Assembly (NCBI GenBank): GCA_964387675.1
Contig: CAYLWL010000001.1
Location: forward strand, 1,099 to 65,098
DNA length: 64,000 nucleotides
Direction: 5' to 3'
Origin: an uncultured Candidatus Saccharibacteria bacterium
GTDB taxonomy: Bacteria > Patescibacteriota > Minisyncoccia > UBA6257 > 2-01-FULL-56-20
In this document: positions 46,888 through 56,487 of the stretch, piece after piece
How the letters are laid out: each line of letters starts with the position of its first letter
Numbering within the stretch: the stretch's first letter is position 1
The notes under the pieces: model-generated
Told to the model about the DNA's origin: nothing
Seen by the model: only the letters and a program-made list of their open reading frames with translations
Databases searched by the model: none
Position numbers and translations under genes: made by a program

Positions 46888-47520
46888 TCACAGATTCTTG
46901 TAGGACTTGAAGAGAGCCCAGGCGGTCGCCTGGCCCTTAAAGAACTCTCCGCGGCGCGCGAGATCGTCAATCTGCGCCGCGGTCATCTTATGCGCCTCGA
47001 ATTGCTCTTTGCCCGGGCGGATCTCGGTGTCCGCGGGCAACTCGATCGTAAAGACGCAAAAGTGCAGAGGCCGGATGCCGCGATCGTTCTTGATGACGAA
47101 CTCGCCGACGAAATCATCTTCAGTGACTTCCGCGTCCGCCGGCACCCACCGCCTCATCTCTTCCAACCTAAGCTCCAGGGTGTCGATCTCTCCCCGAATC
47201 TCGTCGGCAGAGCGGGCCGTCGTGGCGTACTTTTCGGCATCGCCGAGCTCCTCCCGGAGATCCTTCAGCTTCTCTTCGGTCTCCAGTATCGGAGCGTCGA
47301 AGAGCTCCTCGAGGAGTTCGCGCGTGGCCGTCTGCCACGTCGTCTCATCGGTTGGATCAGTGACCCCGAACGGAAAGCTGTACTTCACGCTAGGTTTCCC
47401 GTCCTCCGACTTATCTTCATAAAGAACGCTGTAGGTCGTCTTGCGCTCCGGCGCGACGAACTGGACGATCGTGCAGGAACCAACGATCTGCTCCTGACGA
47501 AGTCGGATTTTCAAAGGCAT
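46888..47520 (-). CDS. NUDIX-fold hydrolase with a coiled-coil insertion
   Basis: PFGVTDPTDETTWQTATRELLEE divergent Nudix box; AGGAGG RBS. Confidence 0.65.
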   Translation of the reverse strand: MPLKIRLRQEQIVGSCTIVQFVAPERKTTYSVLYEDKSEDGKPSVKYSFPFGVTDPTDETTWQTATRELLEELFDAPILETEEKLKDLREELGDAEKYATTARSADEIRGEIDTLELRLEEMRRWVPADAEVTEDDFVGEFVIKNDRGIRPLHFCVFTIELPADTEIRPGKEQFEAHKMTAAQIDDLARRGEFFKGQATAWALFKSYKNL

Positions 47521-47558
47521 TGCGCCTCCTTTCTGCCTAGAAATCTACCATATAAAAT

Positions 47559-47984
47559 CTATTTCGTCAAGTCCTCCAGAATCTTCTCGAACACCCTCCG
47601 GTGGTTCGGGAAAAAGTCGTGCAGGGCAAGGATTTCTTTTGGCGAAAACACTTTTATCTCTTCCCCTTCGTCGCCTTGATGCTTGAGGCGTGGAAGCGAT
47701 TCCAATCGCGCGACAAAAAGGGCAAGAATATGCGACCCCTTGTCTTCTTCGTAGACGAGCGAGAGGTCTTTTTCATGCAAACGTATCCCGATTTCTTCTT
47801 TTGCCTCCCGAAGAACGGCAGCCTCCGCGCCTTCTCCCGGATTGCTCCGGCCGCCCGGCGCTTTCCAAAACACCGGCGGCGGTTTTTTGGGGTCGCGGAT
47901 CAAGGGAATCCCTTGCGACGTGATTATGAAAACGGCAACGGCGTAGCTCTGGTTCAAAGGCGCGCCCTTCTCACTGCTTGGCAT
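47559..47984 (-). CDS. NUDIX hydrolase
   Basis: PGGRSNPGEGAEAAVLREAKEEIG. Confidence 0.88.
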   Translation of the reverse strand: MPSSEKGAPLNQSYAVAVFIITSQGIPLIRDPKKPPPVFWKAPGGRSNPGEGAEAAVLREAKEEIGIRLHEKDLSLVYEEDKGSHILALFVARLESLPRLKHQGDEGEEIKVFSPKEILALHDFFPNHRRVFEKILEDLTK

Positions 47985-48246
47985 GAAGTTGTATCGCAAG
48001 AAACAATTCAGCAACCGCCACATCCGCTTCGTCGTACTCGGCCGATTCGTAGTAGGGTATTTGGCTCTCTTTCGCGGCAAGGCGACCTGTCGCGATCCAC
48101 TTACCGTCGGGGGTGCGGCGCAAGCTCCAAAAATTCTTGTCGCACGCCGCGAGGAGTTCGGAAAGCGTCGGGGAATAAGGGTTGCCCGATTTGGCGCCCT
48201 GCGGAAACCCGGCGTCTTTTAATTTTCGCGCGAGTTCGACGGTCAT
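47971..48246 (-). CDS. Small hypothetical protein
   Basis: Overlaps both neighbours; ELARKLKDAGFPQ...PTLSELLAAC. Confidence 0.65.
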   Translation of the reverse strand: MTVELARKLKDAGFPQGAKSGNPYSPTLSELLAACDKNFWSLRRTPDGKWIATGRLAAKESQIPYYESAEYDEADVAVAELFLAIQLHAKQ

Positions 48247-48884
48247 TCTTCTTCCATAGTATCACGCGGAGACGCGCCGAGCAAGGAAAAGATGTATTTC
48301 ACGAGTTTCGTGGCAAGATAACTCAAAATCAAAAACGACACGATCCCGACCAAAAATGCTATTTCGAACTCCCTGAAGACGGCGACGCTCTGAAGCGGAG
48401 TGAGCCCCAGCGTGAGACCGTACGCAATGCCCGTGAGAATAGGGACCCAAATGCAGTTCGAGATGAAAGACATTTTGAAGAACTTTTGGAGCCCCATGCC
48501 GAACCAGCCGATCGAAAAAATAATCGGGAGCGCCGAGCCGTACACGAACCGCGCCATGAAAATCAGATTCGTGCCGTTTTTCTTCAAACTCTCTTCCAGT
48601 TCCGCATATTTGGGCAGGCGATTTTTTACGAAATTGCCGAATCGGGTTTCTTTGAGCGCGCCGCCGAAAGAATACCACAAGAGATCGCCGCTCGCGCTCG
48701 AAAGAATGACGACGGCGGGAAAAACGAGCAGGCCCCACGGGCCGAAAAATCCCTTGAACACCAGCCAGAAGCCGGTAAACTCGGCGATCGTCCCCAAAAA
48801 CATAACGGCGATGTAAAAGATAAAATAGGCCAAAAAGTAATTTTGGCTTGCCAAAAGTCCGAGGTCGTTGATGAAATCAGGCAC
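48243..48884 (-). CDS. DedA family membrane protein
   Basis: GDLLWYSFG, FMARFVYG. Confidence 0.82.
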   Translation of the reverse strand: MPDFINDLGLLASQNYFLAYFIFYIAVMFLGTIAEFTGFWLVFKGFFGPWGLLVFPAVVILSSASGDLLWYSFGGALKETRFGNFVKNRLPKYAELEESLKKNGTNLIFMARFVYGSALPIIFSIGWFGMGLQKFFKMSFISNCIWVPILTGIAYGLTLGLTPLQSVAVFREFEIAFLVGIVSFLILSYLATKLVKYIFSLLGASPRDTMEEE

Positions 48885-48944
48885 AGAGTTTATTATAGCA
48901 TTTGAAAAAGTCGGTAAGACCAGGTAAGTTGGAAGTATTAGTAT

Positions 48945-49016
48945 GGTGCCTATGGTGTAATGGCAGCACTAGAATCTGTGGCATTCTCGGAACGGGTTCG
49001 AATCCCGTTAGGCACC
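48945..49016 (+). tRNA. tRNA-His(GTG)
   Basis: Cloverleaf with G-1; anticodon arm AGAAT-CTGTGGC-ATTCT; T-loop TTCGAAT. Confidence 0.92.
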
Positions 49017-49093
49017 CAAAAAACCCGGCTTCTCTTTTCGCTTCGGTTGGGTTATAAACAAATCAGTATCTAACACAATTACGGAGGTGGCCG

Positions 49094-49642
49094 TTGGTCG
49101 ACTTTTTACTAGACATCTTAATCAAGGCGCTTTTCGGCCCGTGGTTCTTTGCCATCATGAGCGTAGAGAAAGTCAGGGGTTATTTGGGAGATGGCTACTC
49201 ATTTGCGGGGTCGTTTACGCTTTTCCTTTTCGTTTTTGTTATTGTCATTGCGCTCGCAACGGGGAGAGGAAGGTGGCGCTCCGTGGGTAAATCGCCGAAG
49301 TTCTCAAGATTTGTCATAAACAGCCTGCTCGTGAGCGCTGTTACTGGTACGCTTGGCGCGTTTTCAAACTTCCTGGCGATCGCCTTCAACAACTTTGAAA
49401 TGCCGATTACCGTGTCGGGAGGCCGAAACAGTTCCGTGCGTCTCATATGGTTAACCGACTGGATTGACGTCAATAGGTGGTCCCTGGCTCGATTCTTCTG
49501 GAGATACACATGGCAGGATGTCAGCCCGGGAGATTTAATGCTCATGATCTCTTACCTCTTTTTATGGTGGTTGATACTGATCGTCTTCTGCTACGCTGGA
49601 TTTCGCGGAGTCCGCCACTTTGCGAAATCCCTCCCATACTAA
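49094..49642 (+). CDS. Membrane protein (DUF5317-like)
   Basis: N.LAI..N..EMP, WLTD.I, SPGD motifs; start uncertain. Confidence 0.55.
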   Translation: MVDFLLDILIKALFGPWFFAIMSVEKVRGYLGDGYSFAGSFTLFLFVFVIVIALATGRGRWRSVGKSPKFSRFVINSLLVSAVTGTLGAFSNFLAIAFNNFEMPITVSGGRNSSVRLIWLTDWIDVNRWSLARFFWRYTWQDVSPGDLMLMISYLFLWWLILIVFCYAGFRGVRHFAKSLPY

Positions 49643-49710
49643 AATACCCTTCCATGTCTGCGGGAAGGGTATTACATTTTTCGGCTGGCCGTATATTATT
49701 AAGAATAGAC

Positions 49711-50592
49711 ATGAGAGCGCCAGAATTTCCGCAAAATTTAAGATGGTTAAATTCGAAGCCGTTAGTGATGAAAGGGTTGAAGGGTAGCGTCGTGCTCATC
49801 GATTTTTGGACATACTCTTGCGTGAACTGCATCCGCGCACTCCCCCATCTCCGGGAATGGAACAAAAAGTATTCTGAAAAGGGCCTCGTGATTATCGGCG
49901 TTCACACTCCGGAATTCGAGTTCGAGAAAAACTTGGAGAACGTTTCGCGCGCCGTAAAGAACTTTGGGATAGAATACCCCGTGGTGATGGACAACGATTA
50001 CCAAATATGGAGTTTATACTCCAATCAGTTCTGGCCGAGAAAATTCCTCATCAACAAAGACGGCCAGATCGTTTACGATCACGCCGGCGAGGGTAACTAT
50101 AAAGAAACGGAGAGACAAATTCAAAAAGCGCTTCTTGAGATCGATCCCGAACTGAAACTGCCTCCACCGAGCGACGAAGAGGGATCGGACGGTATCTGCT
50201 ATCCCGTCACTCCTGAAACTTATCTTGGCGCCATGCGCGGCAGAACCGGAAAAACCTGGAGCTTCAAGGGTTTGTGGAAGGTATACCCTGAATTTATCGA
50301 GCACGGAGAGAGAAAAAATAATTTTGAGGATTACCTCGAGCTCAACTTCGAAGGAACCGAGGTGAATCTGGTGATGGAGTCGCTCGCCGACCAGCCGGTG
50401 AAAATTCGACTCGAACTTGACGGCAAGTTTCTCAGAGAAGTCGGTGTTCACGAAGCCAAGATGTATAACCTTGTTCTGCCCGCCGATATGATCCCCGCCG
50501 CCACGGCCCGGGGCGGGCGTGGTCAATTAAAAATCTTTTCCAAAGACCAGGGACTCCGGGCGTACGCTTTCACGTTTGGCGGCTGCGCGTAG
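49711..50592 (+). CDS. Redoxin/thioredoxin domain protein (DipZ-like)
   Basis: DFWTYSCVNC, GVHTPEF, TPETYLG, AYAFTFG. Confidence 0.88.
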   Translation: MRAPEFPQNLRWLNSKPLVMKGLKGSVVLIDFWTYSCVNCIRALPHLREWNKKYSEKGLVIIGVHTPEFEFEKNLENVSRAVKNFGIEYPVVMDNDYQIWSLYSNQFWPRKFLINKDGQIVYDHAGEGNYKETERQIQKALLEIDPELKLPPPSDEEGSDGICYPVTPETYLGAMRGRTGKTWSFKGLWKVYPEFIEHGERKNNFEDYLELNFEGTEVNLVMESLADQPVKIRLELDGKFLREVGVHEAKMYNLVLPADMIPAATARGGRGQLKIFSKDQGLRAYAFTFGGCA

Positions 50593-50652
50593 CAACTCAA
50601 GCTTCTCGCGATGGATTTGCAAAAATGGCGTTTATAAAATAATCTGAAATCC

Positions 50653-51336
50653 ATGCTCCTCTCTCGCGATCAAATTCTCAAACACATGGATCGGGGAACG
50701 ATTATTATCTCCCCGTTTGACGACCGCAATCTCAAAACCACGAGCTATGACGTTACGCTCGGAAGTTGGTATTGGCGAGAAAAAAATCCCGCGAATCCCA
50801 AAAGCATCCACAACCCCTATGACAGAAAGTCCACCGAGAATGTTTGGTGCGGGCCGCAGGAAGCGAAAACGGCAAAGGCGTTAAGAGAAGAGTCGGGTAT
50901 GGATCTCGAAAACGTTCCCGACGAATCCGAAGTTATTCTCCTCGAACCGGGAGAAACCATCCTTGCTCATACGAGGGAATTCATCGGCGGGCGGGATATT
51001 TGCGTTGCCAAGATGTACGCGCGCTCATCTTTGGGAAGAAACTTCATCGAGGTCTGCAAGGACGCCGGATGGGGAGATGTGGGATACTTCAATCGCTGGA
51101 CGATGGAGGTCACCAACAACTCCCGATACTTTTCGATTCCTCTTGTCGTCGGCAGACGCATCGGGCAGATGGTTTTCTACGAGGTCGCGCCCTTGGCAGC
51201 CGCGAAAATCGATTACGTTGGCGAAGGGGGGAAATATCAATCGTCGCAGGACGTAGAAGAGGTAAAAAAATCCTGGCGGCCGGAGATGATGCTCCCGAAA
51301 ATGCATATGGATTGGGAAATAAGATATAGTAATTAG
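50653..51336 (+). CDS. dcd: dCTP deaminase family protein
   Basis: SYDVTLG, ARSSLGR, GDVGY, TMEVTN, GQMVF. Confidence 0.85.
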   Translation: MLLSRDQILKHMDRGTIIISPFDDRNLKTTSYDVTLGSWYWREKNPANPKSIHNPYDRKSTENVWCGPQEAKTAKALREESGMDLENVPDESEVILLEPGETILAHTREFIGGRDICVAKMYARSSLGRNFIEVCKDAGWGDVGYFNRWTMEVTNNSRYFSIPLVVGRRIGQMVFYEVAPLAAAKIDYVGEGGKYQSSQDVEEVKKSWRPEMMLPKMHMDWEIRYSN

Positions 51337-51416
51337 TAACTAGACATTAGTAATTAGGGGCTTTCGACTCATGCCCTTTGTCCTAATGTCTAATGTCTGG
51401 TAACTAATGTCTTTTT

Positions 51417-52655
51417 ATGCGCGACAAAGTATTAGAAAGCTTAATCAAAAAGGAAATCGGGCGTCAGAAGGAAACGCTCGACTTGATTCCGTCGGAAAAC
51501 ATCGCCTCGCCCGCTGTTTTGCGCGCGCTCGGCTCGCCGCTCGCCAATAAATATTCCGAAGGGTATCCGAAGAAAAGATACTATGCGGGTAATTCCGTTA
51601 TTGACGAGATTGAATTGCTGGCGCAAGAGCGGGCCCGAAAAGTTTTCCGGCTTGGTAAAAACTGGCACGTGAACGTCCAGCCATATTCCGGCTCTCCGGC
51701 GAATATGGCTGTCTATTTCGCGCTTCTGAAACCGGGTGACAAGATTATGGGAATGAGTTTGCCGTTTGGGGGGCACCTCACGCATGGATGGCGAGCCAAT
51801 TTTTCGGGGCAGCTCTATGCGTCGATACAATACAAGCTCAAGCAGGATGGTTTTCTGGACTACAAAGAAATCTACCGCATGGCCAAGAAAGAGAAACCAA
51901 AAATCATCGTCGCCGGCGCGACTGCGTATCCAAGAATCTTCGACTTCAAAAAACTCGGCGGCATCGCAAGGAATGTCGGCGCGTACTTTCTTGCGGATAT
52001 TTCGCATATCGCGGGACTCGTCGCCGCGGGCGCGCATCCATCGCCATTCCCCTACGCCGACGTGGTGACCACAACAACCCACAAAACTCTCCGCGGGCCG
52101 AGAGGGGCGATTATATTTAGCAAAGAGCAAAGAGCAAAGAGCAAAGAGCAAGTGGTAACGATTGCGGAGGCGATAGATAAAGCTGTTTTTCCCGGACTCC
52201 AGGGCGGGCCGCACGATAATCAGACTGCGGCAATCGCCACGGCGCTTTTCGAAGCGAACACAACACAATTCAAAAAGTACGGACGCCAAACCGTGAAAAA
52301 CGCCAAAGTGCTCGCTCGCGAACTCACGCGGCTCGGATTCAACCTCGTAAGCGGCGGCACGGACAATCACTTGATACTTATCGACCTGACAAATTTGGGC
52401 ATCTCCGGCCGGGAGGCGCAAGATCGCCTTGAGGCGAGCGGAATAATAACAAACAGGAATGCCGTGCCCTACGACACGCGCTCGCCGTTCGATCCATCGG
52501 GAATCCGCATCGGCACGCCGGCCCTCACCACGCGCGGGATGAAGGAGAGAGAAATGAGAGAAGTCGCGGAGTTGATTTCTGACATACTCATACGGCGCAA
52601 AGTAACGAGCGTCGCAGTGCGGCAGCTTTGCAGACAATTCCCGCTTCCGTATTAA
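51417..52655 (+). CDS. glyA: Serine hydroxymethyltransferase
   Basis: LIPSEN, NKYSEGYP, GGHLTHG, TTTTHKTLRGPRG. Confidence 0.97.
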   Translation: MRDKVLESLIKKEIGRQKETLDLIPSENIASPAVLRALGSPLANKYSEGYPKKRYYAGNSVIDEIELLAQERARKVFRLGKNWHVNVQPYSGSPANMAVYFALLKPGDKIMGMSLPFGGHLTHGWRANFSGQLYASIQYKLKQDGFLDYKEIYRMAKKEKPKIIVAGATAYPRIFDFKKLGGIARNVGAYFLADISHIAGLVAAGAHPSPFPYADVVTTTTHKTLRGPRGAIIFSKEQRAKSKEQVVTIAEAIDKAVFPGLQGGPHDNQTAAIATALFEANTTQFKKYGRQTVKNAKVLARELTRLGFNLVSGGTDNHLILIDLTNLGISGREAQDRLEASGIITNRNAVPYDTRSPFDPSGIRIGTPALTTRGMKEREMREVAELISDILIRRKVTSVAVRQLCRQFPLPY

Positions 52656-52731
52656 GTTTGTGTTTGTTGCTTTTTTAGCAACAATAAGAAATAATACTGG
52701 TGCGGGTTTTACGTTGGTTGTAAGTTTTTAC

Positions 52732-53028
52732 ATGCCCATCAATTTTCGCTCAAAACTGCATCAGGCGCTCCTCGAACATTACTTTTTGAATCCTCGCGCG
52801 GAGTATTACGTGCGCGACCTATCAAGGATTCTTTCGTTCGACGTCGCCTTCCTCTCTCGCGAGCTCAACGCGCTCACCCGCGCCGGCATCTTTGTTTCTT
52901 CTATGCGCAACCGTCAAAAATACTTTCGCTTAAACCACGACCATCCTCTCTACAACGAAATTAAAAACATCACCGCGCACGTTGTTGCTAAAAAAGCAAC
53001 AAAGAGGGGTGATGCTTTCACCGTTTAG
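52732..53028 (+). CDS. Winged-helix DNA-binding protein
   Basis: YYVRDLSRIL...SRELNAL...GIF...KYFRLN..HPLY pattern. Confidence 0.7.
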   Translation: MPINFRSKLHQALLEHYFLNPRAEYYVRDLSRILSFDVAFLSRELNALTRAGIFVSSMRNRQKYFRLNHDHPLYNEIKNITAHVVAKKATKRGDAFTV

Positions 53029-53057
53029 CGGCCAGTGGCATTAGATTATTATTGTGC

Positions 53058-53897
53058 ATGATCATCGACGGCAGAAAAATAGCGGGTGAGATTTTGGACA
53101 ATCTCAAAAAACTGCCGGTGCCAAGAAAGTTTTTGGGCGCGGTTTTGGTTGGCGATGATCCCGCCTCGCTCAACTTTCTCAAACAAAAAGAGAAAGCGGC
53201 TGAAGAGTTGGGAATTTCCTTTCGACTCTACAAGCTGCCGCTCGATATAAAAACTGACGAATTGCGGCAAGAAATCGGGCGCCTCTCCTCGCCAAGACCG
53301 TGCGGCGGATTCATCGTCCAACTCCCCCTGCCCGATCAAATAAACAAACACTACGCCCTCAACGCCATTCCCAAAGAAAAAGATGTTGATCTGTTGGGCG
53401 AAGCGGCGCTTGGAGCATTTTACAGCGGCAGGCACAACATTGTGCCACCGTCGGTCGGCGCCGTAGAAGAAATCCTCAAACGTAGCAACCTTAATCTTCG
53501 GCAGTCGAAAATCGTTTTGATCGGCGCGGGGTTCTTAATAGGAAAGCCCGTTGGTTTCTGGCTGCAAAACAAAGTGGCGGAACTTACTGTTTTTGATTCC
53601 AGCGCGCAGGAATTAAGAGCTAAACTGAAAGATGCGGACGTGGTTGTAAGCGGCGTGGGACAAGCCAACCTCTTCGGCGCGGAAGACCTGAAGACCGGCG
53701 CTCTCGTCATCGACTTCGGCTACAATGTAGAAGAAATGAGAAATGAGAAAGGAGAAATTAGGAAAAAAGTAGTCGGTGATTTCGATCCGGCCGGCACCGA
53801 GGAGAAAAATATTTCCTACACCAGGACCCCCGGCGGCACGGGGCCGATTCTTGTGGCAAAGCTGTTTGAGAATTTTTATGAACTCAACCGGGGATGA
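53058..53897 (+). CDS. folD: Methylenetetrahydrofolate dehydrogenase/cyclohydrolase
   Basis: IIDGRKIA, VQLPLP, KDVD, VGDFD, PGGTGP. Confidence 0.9.
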   Translation: MIIDGRKIAGEILDNLKKLPVPRKFLGAVLVGDDPASLNFLKQKEKAAEELGISFRLYKLPLDIKTDELRQEIGRLSSPRPCGGFIVQLPLPDQINKHYALNAIPKEKDVDLLGEAALGAFYSGRHNIVPPSVGAVEEILKRSNLNLRQSKIVLIGAGFLIGKPVGFWLQNKVAELTVFDSSAQELRAKLKDADVVVSGVGQANLFGAEDLKTGALVIDFGYNVEEMRNEKGEIRKKVVGDFDPAGTEEKNISYTRTPGGTGPILVAKLFENFYELNRG

Positions 53898-53907
53898 TTT
53901 TTAGCGG

Positions 53908-53980
53908 TGGGCGCTGAGGGATTTGAACCCCCGACTTCTTCCGTGTAAAGGAAGCACTCTGACCACTGAGTTAAGCGCCC
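53908..53980 (-). tRNA. tRNA-Val(TAC)
   Basis: Cloverleaf; anticodon arm CTTCC-TTTACAC-GGAAG. Confidence 0.93.
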
Positions 53981-54016
53981 CGTCTTCTCCTATACTGCCA
54001 CGCACGTAAAGTAATT

Positions 54017-54790
54017 TCAATCGAATTCCAAGATCATCGGCAGGTGATCGGAAACTTCAAGATCGGGAACTTGAAAACTTTTTATTTTAATGTCGGGCGA
54101 CGCGAACGTATAGTCCGCGAACGGCTGAAAATCCTCCTTGCCGTAGAATGGCGAGAGCCGGCTCCTTGTCCTTTCGATATTAAAAATGGAAATAAGATTT
54201 TTCATTTTCGCGTCAATCATTTTAATACTCTCCGTATCCGGCATTAAATTGAAGTCGCCGCAAAGGATTTTCTGGCCGTCCATTCCGTCCAAAAATTCCT
54301 GTATTTTCTCCGATTGTCGCAGCCGCTCCGGCGTATCAAGTTTATCCCCGGGGAAAGCAAGCCCGTGGAAGTTGCAAATGGTAGGTTTTTTATTTCTGTC
54401 TTCGATCTGAACATAATTGATCGCCGCCGGAATGGTTTGGATATTTTCCGCCCCGTTACGATCCCTGTAGACGAAAATTTCTCCCGCGCCGCCTACGTTC
54501 AATGATTTCTTCGCGAATATCGCCTGGCCGGTCTCGATCTCAAAGTCAACGAAATTCTCCAAATCAACGCCCTTCTGCACGGGACAAAAATAACATTGAA
54601 AGCCCTCGAGCGCGAAAACCAGGTCGGCGAGGATGTTTGTCCGCGTGCCATGGCTTTCGACTGGTCCCCCAGAAGACCGAAACACTTCCTGAAAACAAAA
54701 AATGTCCGTGTCCGGAGCCACACTTTTTACAAACGCCATAAGCGGCTCAAAGATCTTCCCGCCCAAGATGTTTAGGGAAATTAGCTTCAT
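54017..54790 (-). CDS. Endonuclease/exonuclease/phosphatase family protein
   Basis: SLNI, FQEV, GDFN, DY, SDH. Confidence 0.9.
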   Translation of the reverse strand: MKLISLNILGGKIFEPLMAFVKSVAPDTDIFCFQEVFRSSGGPVESHGTRTNILADLVFALEGFQCYFCPVQKGVDLENFVDFEIETGQAIFAKKSLNVGGAGEIFVYRDRNGAENIQTIPAAINYVQIEDRNKKPTICNFHGLAFPGDKLDTPERLRQSEKIQEFLDGMDGQKILCGDFNLMPDTESIKMIDAKMKNLISIFNIERTRSRLSPFYGKEDFQPFADYTFASPDIKIKSFQVPDLEVSDHLPMILEFD

Positions 54791-54817
54791 TGGTTTTTGC
54801 CAAGGTCATTTTTCGGA

Positions 54818-54985
54818 AGCTACGACGTATATCTTTTTGGAGCCGCGGTTCGTCCCGCTCCAGCGGCGGTACGCCCGCTACTTCCCTGCCTGCCGGCAGG
54901 CAGGTCGGTGGTTCGACTCCGACCGCGGTCGGAGACCAAGCTCGAATCATCTCCGAAAGCTTCCAAAAAGATATACGTCGTAGCT
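54818..54985. mobile_element. 168-bp element with perfect 24-bp terminal inverted repeats at the tRNA-Pro 3' end
   Basis: AGCTACGACGTATATCTTTTTGGA...TCCAAAAAGATATACGTCGTAGCT; internal CCTGCCTGCCGGCAGGCAGG palindrome. Confidence 0.7.
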
Positions 54986-54987
54986 CG

Positions 54988-55058
54988 TCGGAGCGCCGGG
55001 AATCGAACCCGAACCTCGTGCTCCCAAAGCACGTATACTACCACTATACTACGCTCCG
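54988..55058 (-). tRNA. tRNA-Pro(TGG)
   Basis: Cloverleaf; anticodon arm CGTGC-TTTGGGA-GCACG. Confidence 0.92.
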
Positions 55059-55125
55059 GTAGTTACACTTCAAATTATCTCATTTTTGTTTTAGAATCAA
55101 TTCGAAATAAAGCAATCGCCAAATT

Positions 55126-55197
55126 GCCCTCGTAGTTCAATGGATAGAACTCTGGACTTCTAAGCCAGATATGGGGGTTCGATTCCTCCCGAGGGCG
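55126..55197 (+). tRNA. tRNA-Arg(TCT)
   Basis: Cloverleaf; loop CTTCTAA; A.G mismatch at the base of the anticodon stem. Confidence 0.88.
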
Positions 55198-55271
55198 CAA
55201 ACGCGAAATAGACCGTTTGACTTCCCTCTTGGGCGGCGTTTTAATATAACTAGAAGTTTGAACGAGCGGAG

Positions 55272-56273
55272 GTGGCAGAAATGCGGAATCCTCGAATTGC
55301 GTGCGTCTTCGCTCCCGGCTTTAAGCGCGGCGCGATGGCAGTTGGTGCGTCTCGTTGCCTTTTTGAAAATGACATTCGACCCGGAATCATCGCGGGTTGT
55401 TCAGCCGGAGCCCTGGCCGCAGGGAGTGTTGCCGCATGGGACGAAGAAGAAATCGAAAGGGCGCAGAAAATCTGGTCCGCGCTCAGCCCCGGGAAAATCT
55501 CTCGACCGAGATGGGCCGACGACCTCTTTCTCGGCTCGCTCGTGGCCGGCTCCCTCTTGCACGTGATCCCGCCCCTCGCGAAGGGCGAGAAATCGAGAAA
55601 AGCGGAACGAGTCGTCCGCGCGCTCCTTTCTCTTGGAATGCATGCCGCTTCCATTATGGCTTTCTTGAGACAATCGTCGATCTTCTCGAACGACCCGCTC
55701 TATAAACTGCTTACCGCGCTTGACGCGGAAAAAATCTTCGCTTCAAAAACGAAAATGATTGCCACGGCGGCGAAGTACGGAAGCGGAGAACGATCGATAT
55801 ACACCAACTTTCTCCAAAGAGATCGGAGCGGGGAACGATTACTGAAGGGGCTTATGGCTTCTTCGACTATCGTCCCGACTTTTCCTCCGATTGAGATCGA
55901 CGGGGAATACGAATTTGACGGCGTATTCGCGAAGCAGGACTTTTTGGCGTTCGACTTGGTCGAGAAATACTGCGCGTGCGATTATATCCTCTTCTTCGTG
56001 TTTTACTGGCTGCCCAGGGCGGAAGAAGTGGGCGGATTCCTTTCGGTTTCCGACCACGCGCACGAACTGATGGTCGAATACAGAATGCGGAGTATCCTGG
56101 AGCGGCTGCCCCAAGCAACAAAAGACAAGCTGATCATTGTTGAGCTTAGTGAGCCGCCCGAGAAAGCGGATCTCCGGAGGTTTTCGAAATACGACGTTCA
56201 GGATTGGATCTCCGAAGGGCATAGAACCACCGAGAGAATGCTCGTTGAAAGAGGATGGGCAAAAGAGAGGTGA
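55272..56273 (+). CDS. Patatin-like phospholipase
   Basis: Degenerate Gly-rich loop PGFKRG, GCSAG nucleophile elbow, ASS..P..FPP, DG. Confidence 0.82.
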   Translation: MAEMRNPRIACVFAPGFKRGAMAVGASRCLFENDIRPGIIAGCSAGALAAGSVAAWDEEEIERAQKIWSALSPGKISRPRWADDLFLGSLVAGSLLHVIPPLAKGEKSRKAERVVRALLSLGMHAASIMAFLRQSSIFSNDPLYKLLTALDAEKIFASKTKMIATAAKYGSGERSIYTNFLQRDRSGERLLKGLMASSTIVPTFPPIEIDGEYEFDGVFAKQDFLAFDLVEKYCACDYILFFVFYWLPRAEEVGGFLSVSDHAHELMVEYRMRSILERLPQATKDKLIIVELSEPPEKADLRRFSKYDVQDWISEGHRTTERMLVERGWAKER

Positions 56274-56403
56274 TGTCGTGGATATTCCTCGCGCAGCGCG
56301 CGAGGAATAATGTTACGCCGTTCCGTCTTGCGCAAGGCAACGTGCCAAGCGAAAAGACGGAAGGGCCTCTTTTTTTTGATTTTGTTTTAGTAACGGCATT
56401 TTG

Positions 56404-56487
56404 TGGGCGAGGTGGGATTTGAACCCACACTTCCTTTCGGAAACACGGTTCTAAGCCGTGCGCCTATACCAGTTCGGCTACTCGCCC
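56404..56487 (-). tRNA. tRNA-Leu(TAG)
   Basis: Cloverleaf with long variable arm; CACGG-CTTAGAA-CCGTG. Confidence 0.92.

Noticed and set aside
51441-52637. 398-aa ORF antisense to glyA, and similar long shadows at 47601-48905, 62319-63380 and 9140-10006
   Set aside because: They overlap better-supported genes on the other strand and have no recognisable motifs.
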